Source of the DNA: a virus
Taxonomy: Duplodnaviria; Caudoviricetes
DNA: 64,000 bases
IMG/VR virus record: IMGVR_UViG_3300025640_001000
Direction: 5' to 3' (one strand)
The position numbers and the translations under genes were made by a program. Shown here in pieces: positions 1-8,800 of this stretch; position 1 is the stretch's first letter, and every line of letters begins with the position of its first letter. The notes under the pieces were generated by a model. The model did no database searches. It saw only the letters and a program-made list of their open reading frames with translations, and was not told the origin of the DNA.

Positions 1-1884
1 ATGAAAAATAAAAAGAGGTTGTCAATTGTCAACTTGGTAGCAGGATATATTTTATCAATATTATTCGTAGTGCTTATTTTTACGAACCTTAAAAATGTAA
101 AAGCAACCACTCTTAACGAAATATCAGTTGTGGTAGATGAAACTGAAATAAAAGTTGAAGAACCTATTGTTGTTTCAAATGATTCTAAAGTTATTGTTGA
201 TACACCACACATTGTATACAAAGATCATCTCACCGGAATCATACTAAATGAGTCTGAACCAATTGTTGCAGTTGTGAACAACGATCCTTTGTACGTTGAT
301 AGAGATGTAATTAGAGGCAACAGAGACGTTGTTATTGATGATACACATCGTATCGGTGCAGTAGAAGGTGGTGTAGGTGGAAATGGTCATATACGAGCAG
401 ATAGAGTGCATCGCCGAGACCAACATCGCATTCGTATTAAAGAGAATGTATACGATAAAGATGTTGATCTTGGTTTGTTGGACAGACGAATTGCAGAACA
501 CGATTTATTTCGTGACGATACCACAGAAATTACGAAAACCAAAGAGAAAAAATTCGGACTTGATAAAAACGGAGTTAATCTTGCGAATTTAACAGTTGCT
601 AATAATCGTGGTGACGATGATGCTGAGCTCGGTGAAGTTGATTTGAATTTTGATGATAACAAAAACGGAACATTTGGTCTTAACAAAGGAGAATTGTTTG
701 CGTATAACTTTCCAAGTCAGGGTGTTGGTGCTGGTATCGGAAACGGATCAGTAGGTGCTGGATCAGGAGCAGGAGCAGGTCTTGGTGCAGGAATTGGTGA
801 AGGAGTTTACAACGGAGAAACAGTTCCAACATTAGGTGGTGTAGGAACATATAATTCAGTTCCTATAGTTGAACCTGGCACAGGTACTGACACAGATAAT
901 GACGGACTTGAAGTTGAAGCAGAACTTGCATTAGGAACAGACCCAAATAAATCAGATTCAGATGGAGATGGATATTCAGACGGAGAAGAAATTGCTTCTT
1001 ATACAAGTCCAAGTGATCCTTCAAGCAATCCAGGTGTACCTGGTTCATCTGCTCCGTCAATGGGTGGAGTCGGTGGATTAATAAGTGGAGCAGGTTCAGG
1101 AGTAGCTGCCGGACTCGTTGTTGGTGCAGTTAAACCACAACTCGGAGTGCCTGGTATTGCACCTGAAGTAGGAGTCGGAAATGGTAATTATGGTGGAAAA
1201 GCAGATTACGATTTGCCTCAAGATGGAGCATTGCATATTATGATGCACGTTGATGGAAGTGGAAGTATTTTGAATACACGCAAGCAACTTGAAATTATGA
1301 AAAACACTTTGCTTAAAAAAGAACTTCTTCCGTATTACAACAACGATGAGGATTTGTATAACAAACGAGTAACTATCGTAGATGGAAATGGAGAAAGAAC
1401 ATTGCAGTTTTTTTCAGAAGCAGCCAAGAAAGATAATGTATTGGCATTGGTATTTCAAGATGAAGCACAACCTGCGTATCATTTGCCTAACTTTAATAAG
1501 AAACCAGAAGATCATTATATAGATGATTTAAGCAAACTGAAAAACAAATTGAATGGATACGGAGGATTGTATCGTGGAATTATGTTTCAAGTTGATCGTG
1601 GAAAGACATTCGCAAAATCTTTCAAGGAATTTGTCGGAAACGCATTTCAAGGAACAGGATATCTTAAGTCGGACAACCTCAAGAAATATTACTGGCAAGA
1701 CAATCAAAGTAATATCAAAAACAAAAATGGAGTTATTTTTAGTGACGAGTATCACGCAAAAGATGAAGGTGATCCACAATATTATATGGATTTGATTTTG
1801 AACGCATCCAAAAAGATTGGAATTGATTTAAAAGCAACAGGTGCTGGATTAACTGATGGTAGGTACAATAAAAAAACGCAGTAA
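1..1884 (+). CDS. Membrane-anchored protein with Gly-rich region, bacterial TSP3-like Ca-binding repeats and C-terminal vWA-like domain
   Basis: N-terminal hydrophobic helix; DTDNDGL...DPNKSDSDGDGYSDGEE repeats; MIDAS-like HVDGSGS. Confidence 0.6.
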   Translation: MKNKKRLSIVNLVAGYILSILFVVLIFTNLKNVKATTLNEISVVVDETEIKVEEPIVVSNDSKVIVDTPHIVYKDHLTGIILNESEPIVAVVNNDPLYVDRDVIRGNRDVVIDDTHRIGAVEGGVGGNGHIRADRVHRRDQHRIRIKENVYDKDVDLGLLDRRIAEHDLFRDDTTEITKTKEKKFGLDKNGVNLANLTVANNRGDDDAELGEVDLNFDDNKNGTFGLNKGELFAYNFPSQGVGAGIGNGSVGAGSGAGAGLGAGIGEGVYNGETVPTLGGVGTYNSVPIVEPGTGTDTDNDGLEVEAELALGTDPNKSDSDGDGYSDGEEIASYTSPSDPSSNPGVPGSSAPSMGGVGGLISGAGSGVAAGLVVGAVKPQLGVPGIAPEVGVGNGNYGGKADYDLPQDGALHIMMHVDGSGSILNTRKQLEIMKNTLLKKELLPYYNNDEDLYNKRVTIVDGNGERTLQFFSEAAKKDNVLALVFQDEAQPAYHLPNFNKKPEDHYIDDLSKLKNKLNGYGGLYRGIMFQVDRGKTFAKSFKEFVGNAFQGTGYLKSDNLKKYYWQDNQSNIKNKNGVIFSDEYHAKDEGDPQYYMDLILNASKKIGIDLKATGAGLTDGRYNKKTQ

Positions 1885-1899
1885 ATTTATTTCTGAGTA

Positions 1900-1906
1900 T
1901 ATTTAT
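1900..1906 (+). promoter_or_regulatory. TATTTAT motif (putative phage late promoter); representative copy of about 20 in the window
   Basis: Also at 3047, 5569, 13414, 17466, 18370, 24652, 28104, 28630, 31939, 37343, 37887, 39018, 43006, 44080, 44634, 46387, 56176, 62624, 63199; usually 4-7 nt before a start codon. Confidence 0.7.
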
Positions 1907-1913
1907 ATACACC

Positions 1914-2189
1914 ATGAACAAAGCAGAACTTAAAGAACTTATTAAAGAAGTACTTTCCGAAGAAGAAGGTAGTGAACCTGAAATCATTTCAATTGCACGA
2001 AGAATTGTAAAAAATCAGCAGTTTGAAAAAGTAAAAGATCCTGTCAGTGGTAAACGCATGGCATTGGATATGTTTTCGGCAAGTGCTATCGTAAAAGTTT
2101 ACGAAAAGTTGTCTGACAAAAATAAAGCACATATGGTAAAACAACCTTTGCCAAAAATGGTTGATATTGTTTTTAAGTTGATTAAGTAA
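1914..2189 (+). CDS. Hypothetical phage protein with LKELIKEVLSEE leader
   Basis: ORF preceded by TATTTAT; DMFSASAIVKVY segment recalls small proteins of T4-like phages. Confidence 0.6.
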   Translation: MNKAELKELIKEVLSEEEGSEPEIISIARRIVKNQQFEKVKDPVSGKRMALDMFSASAIVKVYEKLSDKNKAHMVKQPLPKMVDIVFKLIK

Positions 2190-2235
2190 CTTAAACTATT
2201 TAAATTTTACACAATTCTTTTTTTATAAAAAATGC

Positions 2236-2264
2236 TTGACTTTTTATAATATTTTTAGTATAGT
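2236..2264 (+). promoter_or_regulatory. Sigma70-type promoter
   Basis: TTGACT-N17-TATAGT in intergenic region. Confidence 0.75.
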
Positions 2265-2302
2265 ATGGTATAGTCAAAATAATAACCATCTACACTAAAA
2301 AT

Positions 2303-2935
2303 ATGAAAATTGTAATATCGTTTTTAACTTTTGTTTTAACATCCACACTTGTGGCATTGGAACTACCAAGTTCAAATTTGGGAAAATCAACCCCAACTCA
2401 AAATAAACCATCTATCACGGGATCACCACCCAAACCACCTGCAAGTCTCGATGAAGAACTTGATAACAACAAGTTGATTGATTACAAAAAATTGTCAGAA
2501 CAGCTTGCAGTAGAAAACTCAACTTTAACTCAAACCAATAAAACCTTGGTTTCCAGCAATCAAGAGTTATCATCTGAAAACACGAAACTTAAATCCGATT
2601 CTTCTACGACAAACAATAAATTAGTATCAGTTACAGAAGAACGCAACCGATTGTTTTCAAAGTTACAAGATGTAAATAATCGTGTATCTGCGTTGTCAGA
2701 ATCTAATATTGAGTTAACTGCTATGGTTGATTCGTTGTCATCCAAAGCAGATAATGTAGGTTCTATTTTCAATGGTTGGGTTTATGATTCTGAGTTGGGG
2801 TGGATATTCATATCTCCAAATTCCATGCCTTATTTTTATATTTCAGATGTAGGTTGGGTTTATTATGAACTTGGCTCTTCACCGAGAAGATTTTATTTTT
2901 TTGACGAAGACCGTTGGCAAGTTATGAAAGACTGA
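2303..2935 (+). CDS. Exported coiled-coil protein with W-rich C-terminal module
   Basis: Signal peptide, heptad coiled coil, GWVYDSELGWIF...GWVYY C-terminus. Confidence 0.65.
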   Translation: MKIVISFLTFVLTSTLVALELPSSNLGKSTPTQNKPSITGSPPKPPASLDEELDNNKLIDYKKLSEQLAVENSTLTQTNKTLVSSNQELSSENTKLKSDSSTTNNKLVSVTEERNRLFSKLQDVNNRVSALSESNIELTAMVDSLSSKADNVGSIFNGWVYDSELGWIFISPNSMPYFYISDVGWVYYELGSSPRRFYFFDEDRWQVMKD

Positions 2936-2959
2936 TACTCGTTCTTGCTACAATTCATT

Positions 2960-2984
2960 AAATCCACCTTCGGGTGGATTTTTT
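2960..2984 (+). terminator. Rho-independent terminator
   Basis: AAATCCACC-TTCG-GGTGGATTT stem with cUUCGg tetraloop, followed by T-run. Confidence 0.85.
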
Positions 2985-3077
2985 ATTTGTGATCACACGA
3001 ATCAAGTTATTTCACCGATTTAAATGATTTATTTTTTTATACATCATATTTATATAAAAAATCCCTCAGTAGTAATT

Positions 3078-5096
3078 ATGGCAGAAAAAAAGAAAATAAG
3101 TGAGTTGTCCCCGTTGTCCCAATTATCAGACAGTGATGAGTTTGTAGTTGTTGATAAATCAAAGGTAAGTGGACCTGATGCGAGTAACTCTGGTCGCACG
3201 TCTAAAGTTTTATTTAAAGATTTGAAAACAATGATTTCAGATGATCCACGGGCTAAGGGTCCTTCGGGTCCTTCTGGTGAACAAGGAGTTGCAGGTCCTG
3301 ATGGTCCAGCAGGTCCCCGTGGAGTTGCAGGTCCTGCAGGAGAAAAAGGTGATTTGGGACCAGTTGGTCCACGTGGAGAACTTGGCCCTGTAGGTCCAAA
3401 AGGAGACACAGGTCCTAACGGTCCAATCGGACCAAAGGGTGATCAAGGAGAACGTGGTCCTGCCGGAACAGCTGCTCAACGAGGAGAACCAGGAACACCC
3501 GGAGCTAAAGGAGACACAGGAAATCAAGGTGTACAAGGTCCTCAGGGAATCCGAGGAGATACAGGAATCCAAGGAGCAACTGGGAAACAAGGACCACAAG
3601 GTCCCAAGGGAGATACAGGATCCCAAGGTCCTAGGGGTCAGTCTGGTATCAAAGGAGACAAAGGAGACAAAGGAGATCGTGGAATTCAAGGAATTCAAGG
3701 AATTGCGGGTACAACTGCGGCTAAAGGAGATAAAGGAGATAAAGGAGATAAAGGTGATAGAGGAATTCAGGGTTTACCTGGATCACAGGGTTCAGGTGGA
3801 ATTCAAGGAATTCAAGGTATCCAGGGACCAAAGGGAGATACCGGAGCAGTTCCATCGCATGGTTGGAGTGGAACAAAATTAAGATTTATGCAATCAAGTG
3901 GTCATTGGGGTGGTTGGTCTGAATTAAGAGGTGCTACTGGTCCTGCAGGAAAAGACGCAACCGTACAAACCAGCCCAACATTTTCAGGTTCAGTTTCGGC
4001 ACTGAATGGATACGGATTCACCGTAAAATCAAATCAAAACCACGCAGGATTTTCATGGGCAAATTCTAGTGGTGTTTCAACTTGCCAAGGATTTATTCTT
4101 TCAAATCCAGGTAAAGATTCACAATACATGAGAGTATGTGGTCAACCAATGGGAGGTGAGTGGAAATATGGTTCTCAAGCAATTCGCATATTTAAAGATA
4201 ATACCACCATGTTTGATAAAAACATTGTTGTTGGTCCTAGTAAAACTTCAAATCAATCAACTCATATTGGTTACAATGGAAATATTACGATTGGATCACC
4301 TAATTCTTCAATGGAAGGAGGTCAATTAAATTTAAGAAATCCAAGTCAAGGTGGCCAATCAAACGGATATTTTGTATTGGATAATTATAACGATACCAGT
4401 AAAGTTTATAAAAACTATCATGATAAAAATCATGCTTCAACTTATTTCAGAGTAAACTATAACAATGGTAAAGGTGTAGGTACAAATTATTTAGGCATAT
4501 CTAATGATGCGGTTCACCATCTTTATGGTCATCTTAATTTGTACGATGGCAATAATGCAGCTATTATTCACCAAGGAAATCCATCAAATCGAACTGCCCA
4601 CAATTTCATTATTCGTTGGTCACCAACTCTTGGAACATTTCAGGATAACTTGACTCTTCATTCTGCTAGTGGTAATTTATCAGTTCGTGGTACTGTGTGG
4701 GGAACCAGATGGGTAGGTGGATCAGATCGCAACAAGAAAAAAGACATTGAACAACTAAGTTCAGTTGAATCTTTGAAATCTATTATGCAATTGAACCCAG
4801 TTAAGTTTCATTGGAAAGACTCATCACAAACAACAGAGCATAAGCAAATGGGACTTATCGCACAGGAAGCAGAACTAATACTTCCGAGTGTTGTTGATGA
4901 AGTAGAGGACCCTTTTACAGAACACGATCAAACGTGTCCGTCTCAAAGTCCAATTAAGTGTGATCAGTCAGACTTACCAACTGCACCGAAAACAAAAACA
5001 ATAGCATACATAGAACTTGTACCACTCCTCATATCTGGATTACAAGAACAACAAAAACAGATTGACGAACTTAAAAAACAAATTGCATCCAAGTAA
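3078..5096 (+). CDS. Collagen-like tail fibre with peptidase S74 intramolecular chaperone domain
   Basis: KKISEL...EFVVVD fibre N-terminus; long Gly-X-Y run; SDRNKK...LNPVKFHWK...GLIAQE plus coiled-coil end; start moved to ATG 3078 downstream of TATTTAT. Confidence 0.85.
   Translation: MAEKKKISELSPLSQLSDSDEFVVVDKSKVSGPDASNSGRTSKVLFKDLKTMISDDPRAKGPSGPSGEQGVAGPDGPAGPRGVAGPAGEKGDLGPVGPRGELGPVGPKGDTGPNGPIGPKGDQGERGPAGTAAQRGEPGTPGAKGDTGNQGVQGPQGIRGDTGIQGATGKQGPQGPKGDTGSQGPRGQSGIKGDKGDKGDRGIQGIQGIAGTTAAKGDKGDKGDKGDRGIQGLPGSQGSGGIQGIQGIQGPKGDTGAVPSHGWSGTKLRFMQSSGHWGGWSELRGATGPAGKDATVQTSPTFSGSVSALNGYGFTVKSNQNHAGFSWANSSGVSTCQGFILSNPGKDSQYMRVCGQPMGGEWKYGSQAIRIFKDNTTMFDKNIVVGPSKTSNQSTHIGYNGNITIGSPNSSMEGGQLNLRNPSQGGQSNGYFVLDNYNDTSKVYKNYHDKNHASTYFRVNYNNGKGVGTNYLGISNDAVHHLYGHLNLYDGNNAAIIHQGNPSNRTAHNFIIRWSPTLGTFQDNLTLHSASGNLSVRGTVWGTRWVGGSDRNKKKDIEQLSSVESLKSIMQLNPVKFHWKDSSQTTEHKQMGLIAQEAELILPSVVDEVEDPFTEHDQTCPSQSPIKCDQSDLPTAPKTKTIAYIELVPLLISGLQEQQKQIDELKKQIASK
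3258..3849 (+). repeat. Collagen Gly-X-Y coding repeat including 9-nt AAAGGAGAY tandem units
   Basis: GDKGDKGDK and GIQGIQ runs seen directly. Confidence 0.9.
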
Positions 5097-5120
5097 TTTA
5101 TTTTAAAAAAAAATAATAAC

Positions 5121-5149
5121 TTGACATACCGAGTTATATATTATAGTAT
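5121..5149 (+). promoter_or_regulatory. Sigma70-type promoter, probably leaderless transcript
   Basis: TTGACA-N17-TAGTAT, ATG at 5156. Confidence 0.7.
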
Positions 5150-5155
5150 GTTAGT

Positions 5156-5494
5156 ATGTCGAAATCAAAAAAGATAGATTTAAAACAAATTGATTGGCAT
5201 GACAAAGCAAATGTAGTTCCTTTGTACATCAAATGTGAATGTTACTCCGAGGGAATTGAAATTCAATATTATCGTGAAGACGACAATGACAAAGGATTTT
5301 ACGTCAATTATTGGAAATATGGAATCGGTGGAAGATACTCTGGTGTAAGTTTGTGGGACAGAATTCGTTTTGCGTGGAAATTACTATTCAGAGGAACATT
5401 GCACGGTGACCAAATTATACTAAGTGTTAAAGACGCAAAATCAATGAAGCAATATTTAGATAAACATATAAAATACGATGAAGATAATAAGTAA
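5156..5494 (+). CDS. Hypothetical phage protein
   Basis: ORF behind promoter; CxC and LWDRIRFAWKLL motifs. Confidence 0.65.
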   Translation: MSKSKKIDLKQIDWHDKANVVPLYIKCECYSEGIEIQYYREDDNDKGFYVNYWKYGIGGRYSGVSLWDRIRFAWKLLFRGTLHGDQIILSVKDAKSMKQYLDKHIKYDEDNK

Positions 5495-5601
5495 TATACA
5501 AGATGCACTTATGAATTCGTTCAGAATTGCCAGTTAGCACAATTGAAATAATCAACTAGGTATATATATATTTATTGGAAAATTAAACAAAAGAATAAGT
5601 T

Positions 5602-5790
5602 ATGAACAAAATATTACAAATGCTCAAAAAAAGTGAACTTTACTTTATATTTGCACTAGTTTTACTAAACCTGTATTGTGCAGTTGCTTTACGAGGAGAA
5701 TCCTTCGTAGATGCAACACACTTAATGATGGCAGTTATTATGCTGATATTCGCCAACGATAAAATTCTTGAAAAACTTGAGAAAAAATGA
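5602..5790 (+). CDS. Small two-helix membrane protein
   Basis: Two hydrophobic stretches; TATTTAT at 5569. Confidence 0.55.
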   Translation: MNKILQMLKKSELYFIFALVLLNLYCAVALRGESFVDATHLMMAVIMLIFANDKILEKLEKK

Positions 5791-5799
5791 TTTTTGGGG

Positions 5800-5828
5800 T
5801 TGACTTTTTATAAAAACTATGGTTTAAT
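5800..5828 (+). promoter_or_regulatory. Sigma70-type promoter with TTTTTATAAAAA palindrome in the spacer
   Basis: TTGACT-N17-TTTAAT with extended TG. Confidence 0.55.
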
Positions 5829-5876
5829 GTATATATTAACTTAGATCAAGACCAACACAAAATAAAAAATAATGTT

Positions 5877-6308
5877 ATGAGAAAAACCACCGTTAATTTA
5901 ATCGTAGGTATTCTAATAGGAATGCTAATTTCAGGAGTTTCCGATTCAGTATCAACCGACACCGTATCTGCAACTAATGTTCCAGTTGCAACTACTATCA
6001 GTTCATCCATTTCTGCTAAAGTACCCAGTCCGTTTGATCAACAAGTTGCACCAGGACTTCAAATCGTGGAAGTTCCACCACCCCTTGATATGAATGGTAG
6101 AGTTCCATATCAGTGCTATTTTAATGGTCAAACTATAAATCTTCCAACAGAAGTTGTAAAGCAGATTGTTGCAAACCACGGAAATCCGTCTGATAACGAT
6201 CCAAATTTTAATGTTCATAACTTCACGGGAAACCTAAAAATGATTGATCTTCCTGTTGGTTCTAATGTTCCAACTTCTCCATTTCCTGTTGCGGGTCGTG
6301 TACGATAA
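5877..6308 (+). CDS. Exported hypothetical protein
   Basis: Signal-like N-terminus, Ser/Thr/Pro-rich. Confidence 0.65.
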   Translation: MRKTTVNLIVGILIGMLISGVSDSVSTDTVSATNVPVATTISSSISAKVPSPFDQQVAPGLQIVEVPPPLDMNGRVPYQCYFNGQTINLPTEVVKQIVANHGNPSDNDPNFNVHNFTGNLKMIDLPVGSNVPTSPFPVAGRVR

Positions 6309-6312
6309 TAAA

Positions 6313-6714
6313 ATGTCAGCAGAAGATTTACAAGAACAAGTTGCAACACTCAAAGCAGTTGTTGCAACTCAAGAAGAAAAAATTGATTCGTTGACGGAAG
6401 AACTTGAAAAAAATGAATCTAAAAACGACTACGAGTTAACACACAAATGTGCATTCACAGATAACGGAATGATTGACGATTGTGGAATTGAAGTACACTT
6501 CGGTTACGGAAGCAATCGCGATTTGCAATCATTTACATTCAAAAATGTAAGTGACGGAATGGGAGAAAAAGTTTTGAAATTTTTGAACGATTCGTTTGTA
6601 AACGGAAAAACTATTCGTGATTATGGTCACGATAGTTTAGGTGGAAATTCAGAGGACATACCACTTCCCACAAACGAAACGGTCTATAACGCAGAAAATC
6701 ATATACAAACATAA
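6313..6714 (+). CDS. Hypothetical protein with N-terminal coiled coil
   Basis: Start at MSAEDL directly after upstream stop. Confidence 0.6.
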   Translation: MSAEDLQEQVATLKAVVATQEEKIDSLTEELEKNESKNDYELTHKCAFTDNGMIDDCGIEVHFGYGSNRDLQSFTFKNVSDGMGEKVLKFLNDSFVNGKTIRDYGHDSLGGNSEDIPLPTNETVYNAENHIQT

Positions 6715-6735
6715 ACCAATAATATAAACTAAATT

Positions 6736-7197
6736 ATGAGATTAAACGAAGAAGATATTGAACACGTATTAACGCAAAAGGGAGTAGATCAACCCCGAGT
6801 AAAAGACATTATGTCTGAGATTAAACGTTTAGAAGATGAAGAAGCAGAACGAGCAAAATTACAATCTGCTTCTCGCAAGAAAAAGAAAATGGTGTTGGTT
6901 GCAAGTGATCCAGATGATCGTTATGCTCAAGTCGTTGATTGTCCTGTGTGGGTTGTTCAAATGAACGAAGAAGATAATCACACGGATGTCGTGGAAAAGA
7001 TAAATAAAGCAACGTATGCTTACAATAATGATGTGCTTAATGGTCAAAAGAAATCATCACGTAAAAATCCTGTTTACAAGGTAAGTGAAAGTCTTGAGCA
7101 AGTTACTGCAAAGTACTTCAAAGAAGAAGAAATTTCAGTTAAAACAAAAGAACCAACTGTTATTGTTAGAACTGATAATCAAATTCCACAGAGTTAA
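6736..7197 (+). CDS. Hypothetical protein
   Basis: 153-aa ORF in tight operon. Confidence 0.65.
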   Translation: MRLNEEDIEHVLTQKGVDQPRVKDIMSEIKRLEDEEAERAKLQSASRKKKKMVLVASDPDDRYAQVVDCPVWVVQMNEEDNHTDVVEKINKATYAYNNDVLNGQKKSSRKNPVYKVSESLEQVTAKYFKEEEISVKTKEPTVIVRTDNQIPQS

Positions 7198-7200
7198 AAA

Positions 7201-7428
7201 ATGACAACTCCAAAGAAATCAACTGGTCCTAAGATGATACGAGATAATAAAAGTATTTATCATCCTTCGTGGAAAAGCGTTGCCGGAAAAGGAGATCAAC
7301 CCAGACAAGTTACAAAAAAATACGAAAAAAATTACTTGGATGTATTTCCTAATTCGTTCAAACCAAGTTGGCAAACAGAATTGGAAACGGAAACAGATGT
7401 GGAAAATGAAAACTTACCAAAAACTTAG
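7201..7428 (+). CDS. Small phage protein (GKGDxPR motif)
   Basis: AGKGDQPRQV...YEKNYLDVF motif recalled from small phage ORFs. Confidence 0.55.
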   Translation: MTTPKKSTGPKMIRDNKSIYHPSWKSVAGKGDQPRQVTKKYEKNYLDVFPNSFKPSWQTELETETDVENENLPKT

Positions 7429-7669
7429 AAACTCAATAGATACTTTCAATCAGCACTGGCGTGATGGGTTGTTGACGAAACTTAACACGAAATTACCTCA
7501 GTTGGTTGAAGGTAGATGCAAGTATAAAATCTCAGAAGTACAAGAAAAAGATGATGGAATTTACATTAGATTTTTCAACGGACTTTATACCCGATGGAAA
7601 AAACTTGCACCCACAGACGAAGTAGTGTTTAATGATAGAAACTATAAATTAATGTGGGCGCAACAATAG
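7406..7669 (+). CDS. Hypothetical protein
   Basis: Start at MKTYQK, short overlap with upstream ORF. Confidence 0.5.
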   Translation: MKTYQKLRNSIDTFNQHWRDGLLTKLNTKLPQLVEGRCKYKISEVQEKDDGIYIRFFNGLYTRWKKLAPTDEVVFNDRNYKLMWAQQ

Positions 7670-7821
7670 AAATACGAAATATATCAAAGGCACTTGAAAC
7701 TGCCGAAGATCATGGATTATTGACAGAAGTTGTTTGGAGTGCAATGCACTATATGAAACAAAATCCTAAATCAACTTTGTGTGATGCAGTGTCATATGGA
7801 TTGCTTGAATGGGTTAAATAA
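7654..7821 (+). CDS. Small phage protein, 55 aa (not in ORF track)
   Basis: GTG start; ...GLLTEVVWSAMHYMKQNPKSTLCDAVSYGLLEWVK; fills the gap before the methyltransferase. Confidence 0.6.
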   Translation: MGATIEIRNISKALETAEDHGLLTEVVWSAMHYMKQNPKSTLCDAVSYGLLEWVK

Positions 7822-7824
7822 ATC

Positions 7825-8646
7825 ATGTTACGAGTAATAGACTTTTTTAGTGGATGTGGAGGATCTTCGTTGGGAATTGAACAAGCAGGCCTTGAAATGG
7901 TTCTTGCAGTTGATTTGTGGGAAGATGCGTGTAAAACACACGAACTAAATATTGATTGTCCTGTTTGGTGCAAAGACATCAACTTGATCGAAGCATCTGA
8001 GTTACCTGAGTGTGATATAATTATAGGTTCTCCTCCGTGTCAAAAGTTTTCTCAAGCAAATTACTATAATCGTGATTACGATGATTCGTTAGTAAAACGG
8101 TTCATGGAGATTGTTGAGCAGGTGAATCCTAAGTATTGGGTTTGGGAAAATGTAGTAGGAGCAAAACGAGCAATGCCGGGTGTTTGTTTAGACGCACAAA
8201 ACTTTGGTTTGCCACAAAGACGCAAACGACATTTTGTATCAAACTTTAAGTTGCCAATGGAAAATGCCGAACCGAACAGAGTTATATCAGATGTGCTGAA
8301 ACCCGAAGGAGAGGGTCTTTTAGATGGATACAACTCAAAGGTATATCCTTTAAACAAAGTAAGTCCTACCGTGCGTAGAATTCCATTAAAGTGGTATGAC
8401 GGCCGTGAAATGCCTAAACGATTTAGATTCACCGGATTCACTCATTTAAGCATCGAAGATCATTTGACTTTGATGGGATTTCCTATAGACTATAAATTAT
8501 ACGGAACAAAAACAAGCAAAATGCTTCAAATAGGAAATGCAGTATGCCCACCTGTGATGAAGTCAATAGCAGAAAGAATATTAGAATATGAAGGACTTGG
8601 ACGACAAGATCAAACCGAATCTTCCTTTTTTGCGGAAGTGGGCTAA
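7825..8646 (+). CDS. dcm: DNA (cytosine-5)-methyltransferase
   Basis: Motifs I FFSGCGG, IV GSPPCQ, VI ENV, VIII QRRKR, X IGNAV. Confidence 0.93.
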   Translation: MLRVIDFFSGCGGSSLGIEQAGLEMVLAVDLWEDACKTHELNIDCPVWCKDINLIEASELPECDIIIGSPPCQKFSQANYYNRDYDDSLVKRFMEIVEQVNPKYWVWENVVGAKRAMPGVCLDAQNFGLPQRRKRHFVSNFKLPMENAEPNRVISDVLKPEGEGLLDGYNSKVYPLNKVSPTVRRIPLKWYDGREMPKRFRFTGFTHLSIEDHLTLMGFPIDYKLYGTKTSKMLQIGNAVCPPVMKSIAERILEYEGLGRQDQTESSFFAEVG

Positions 8647-8800
8647 ACTGTACACAGACGAATATGGTATAAAAAACGAAGTAGCAAACGAACTTCAACA
8701 GTGTCTGTTGTATGTTAGTTTTTTACAAGACAGGGTAAAACAACTTGAATTATATAACGAGTGTTTTCAAAAAATAATAGAAGAAGATTTAGATAAATGA
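8588..8800 (+). CDS. Hypothetical protein
   Basis: 70-aa ORF with ATGA overlap to next gene. Confidence 0.5.
   Translation: MKDLDDKIKPNLPFLRKWAKLYTDEYGIKNEVANELQQCLLYVSFLQDRVKQLELYNECFQKIIEEDLDK

Noticed and set aside
3050-3882. Alternate-frame and antisense ORFs over the collagen region, and similar short overlapping ORFs elsewhere in the track
   Set aside because: By-products of repeat and codon structure of longer, motif-supported genes
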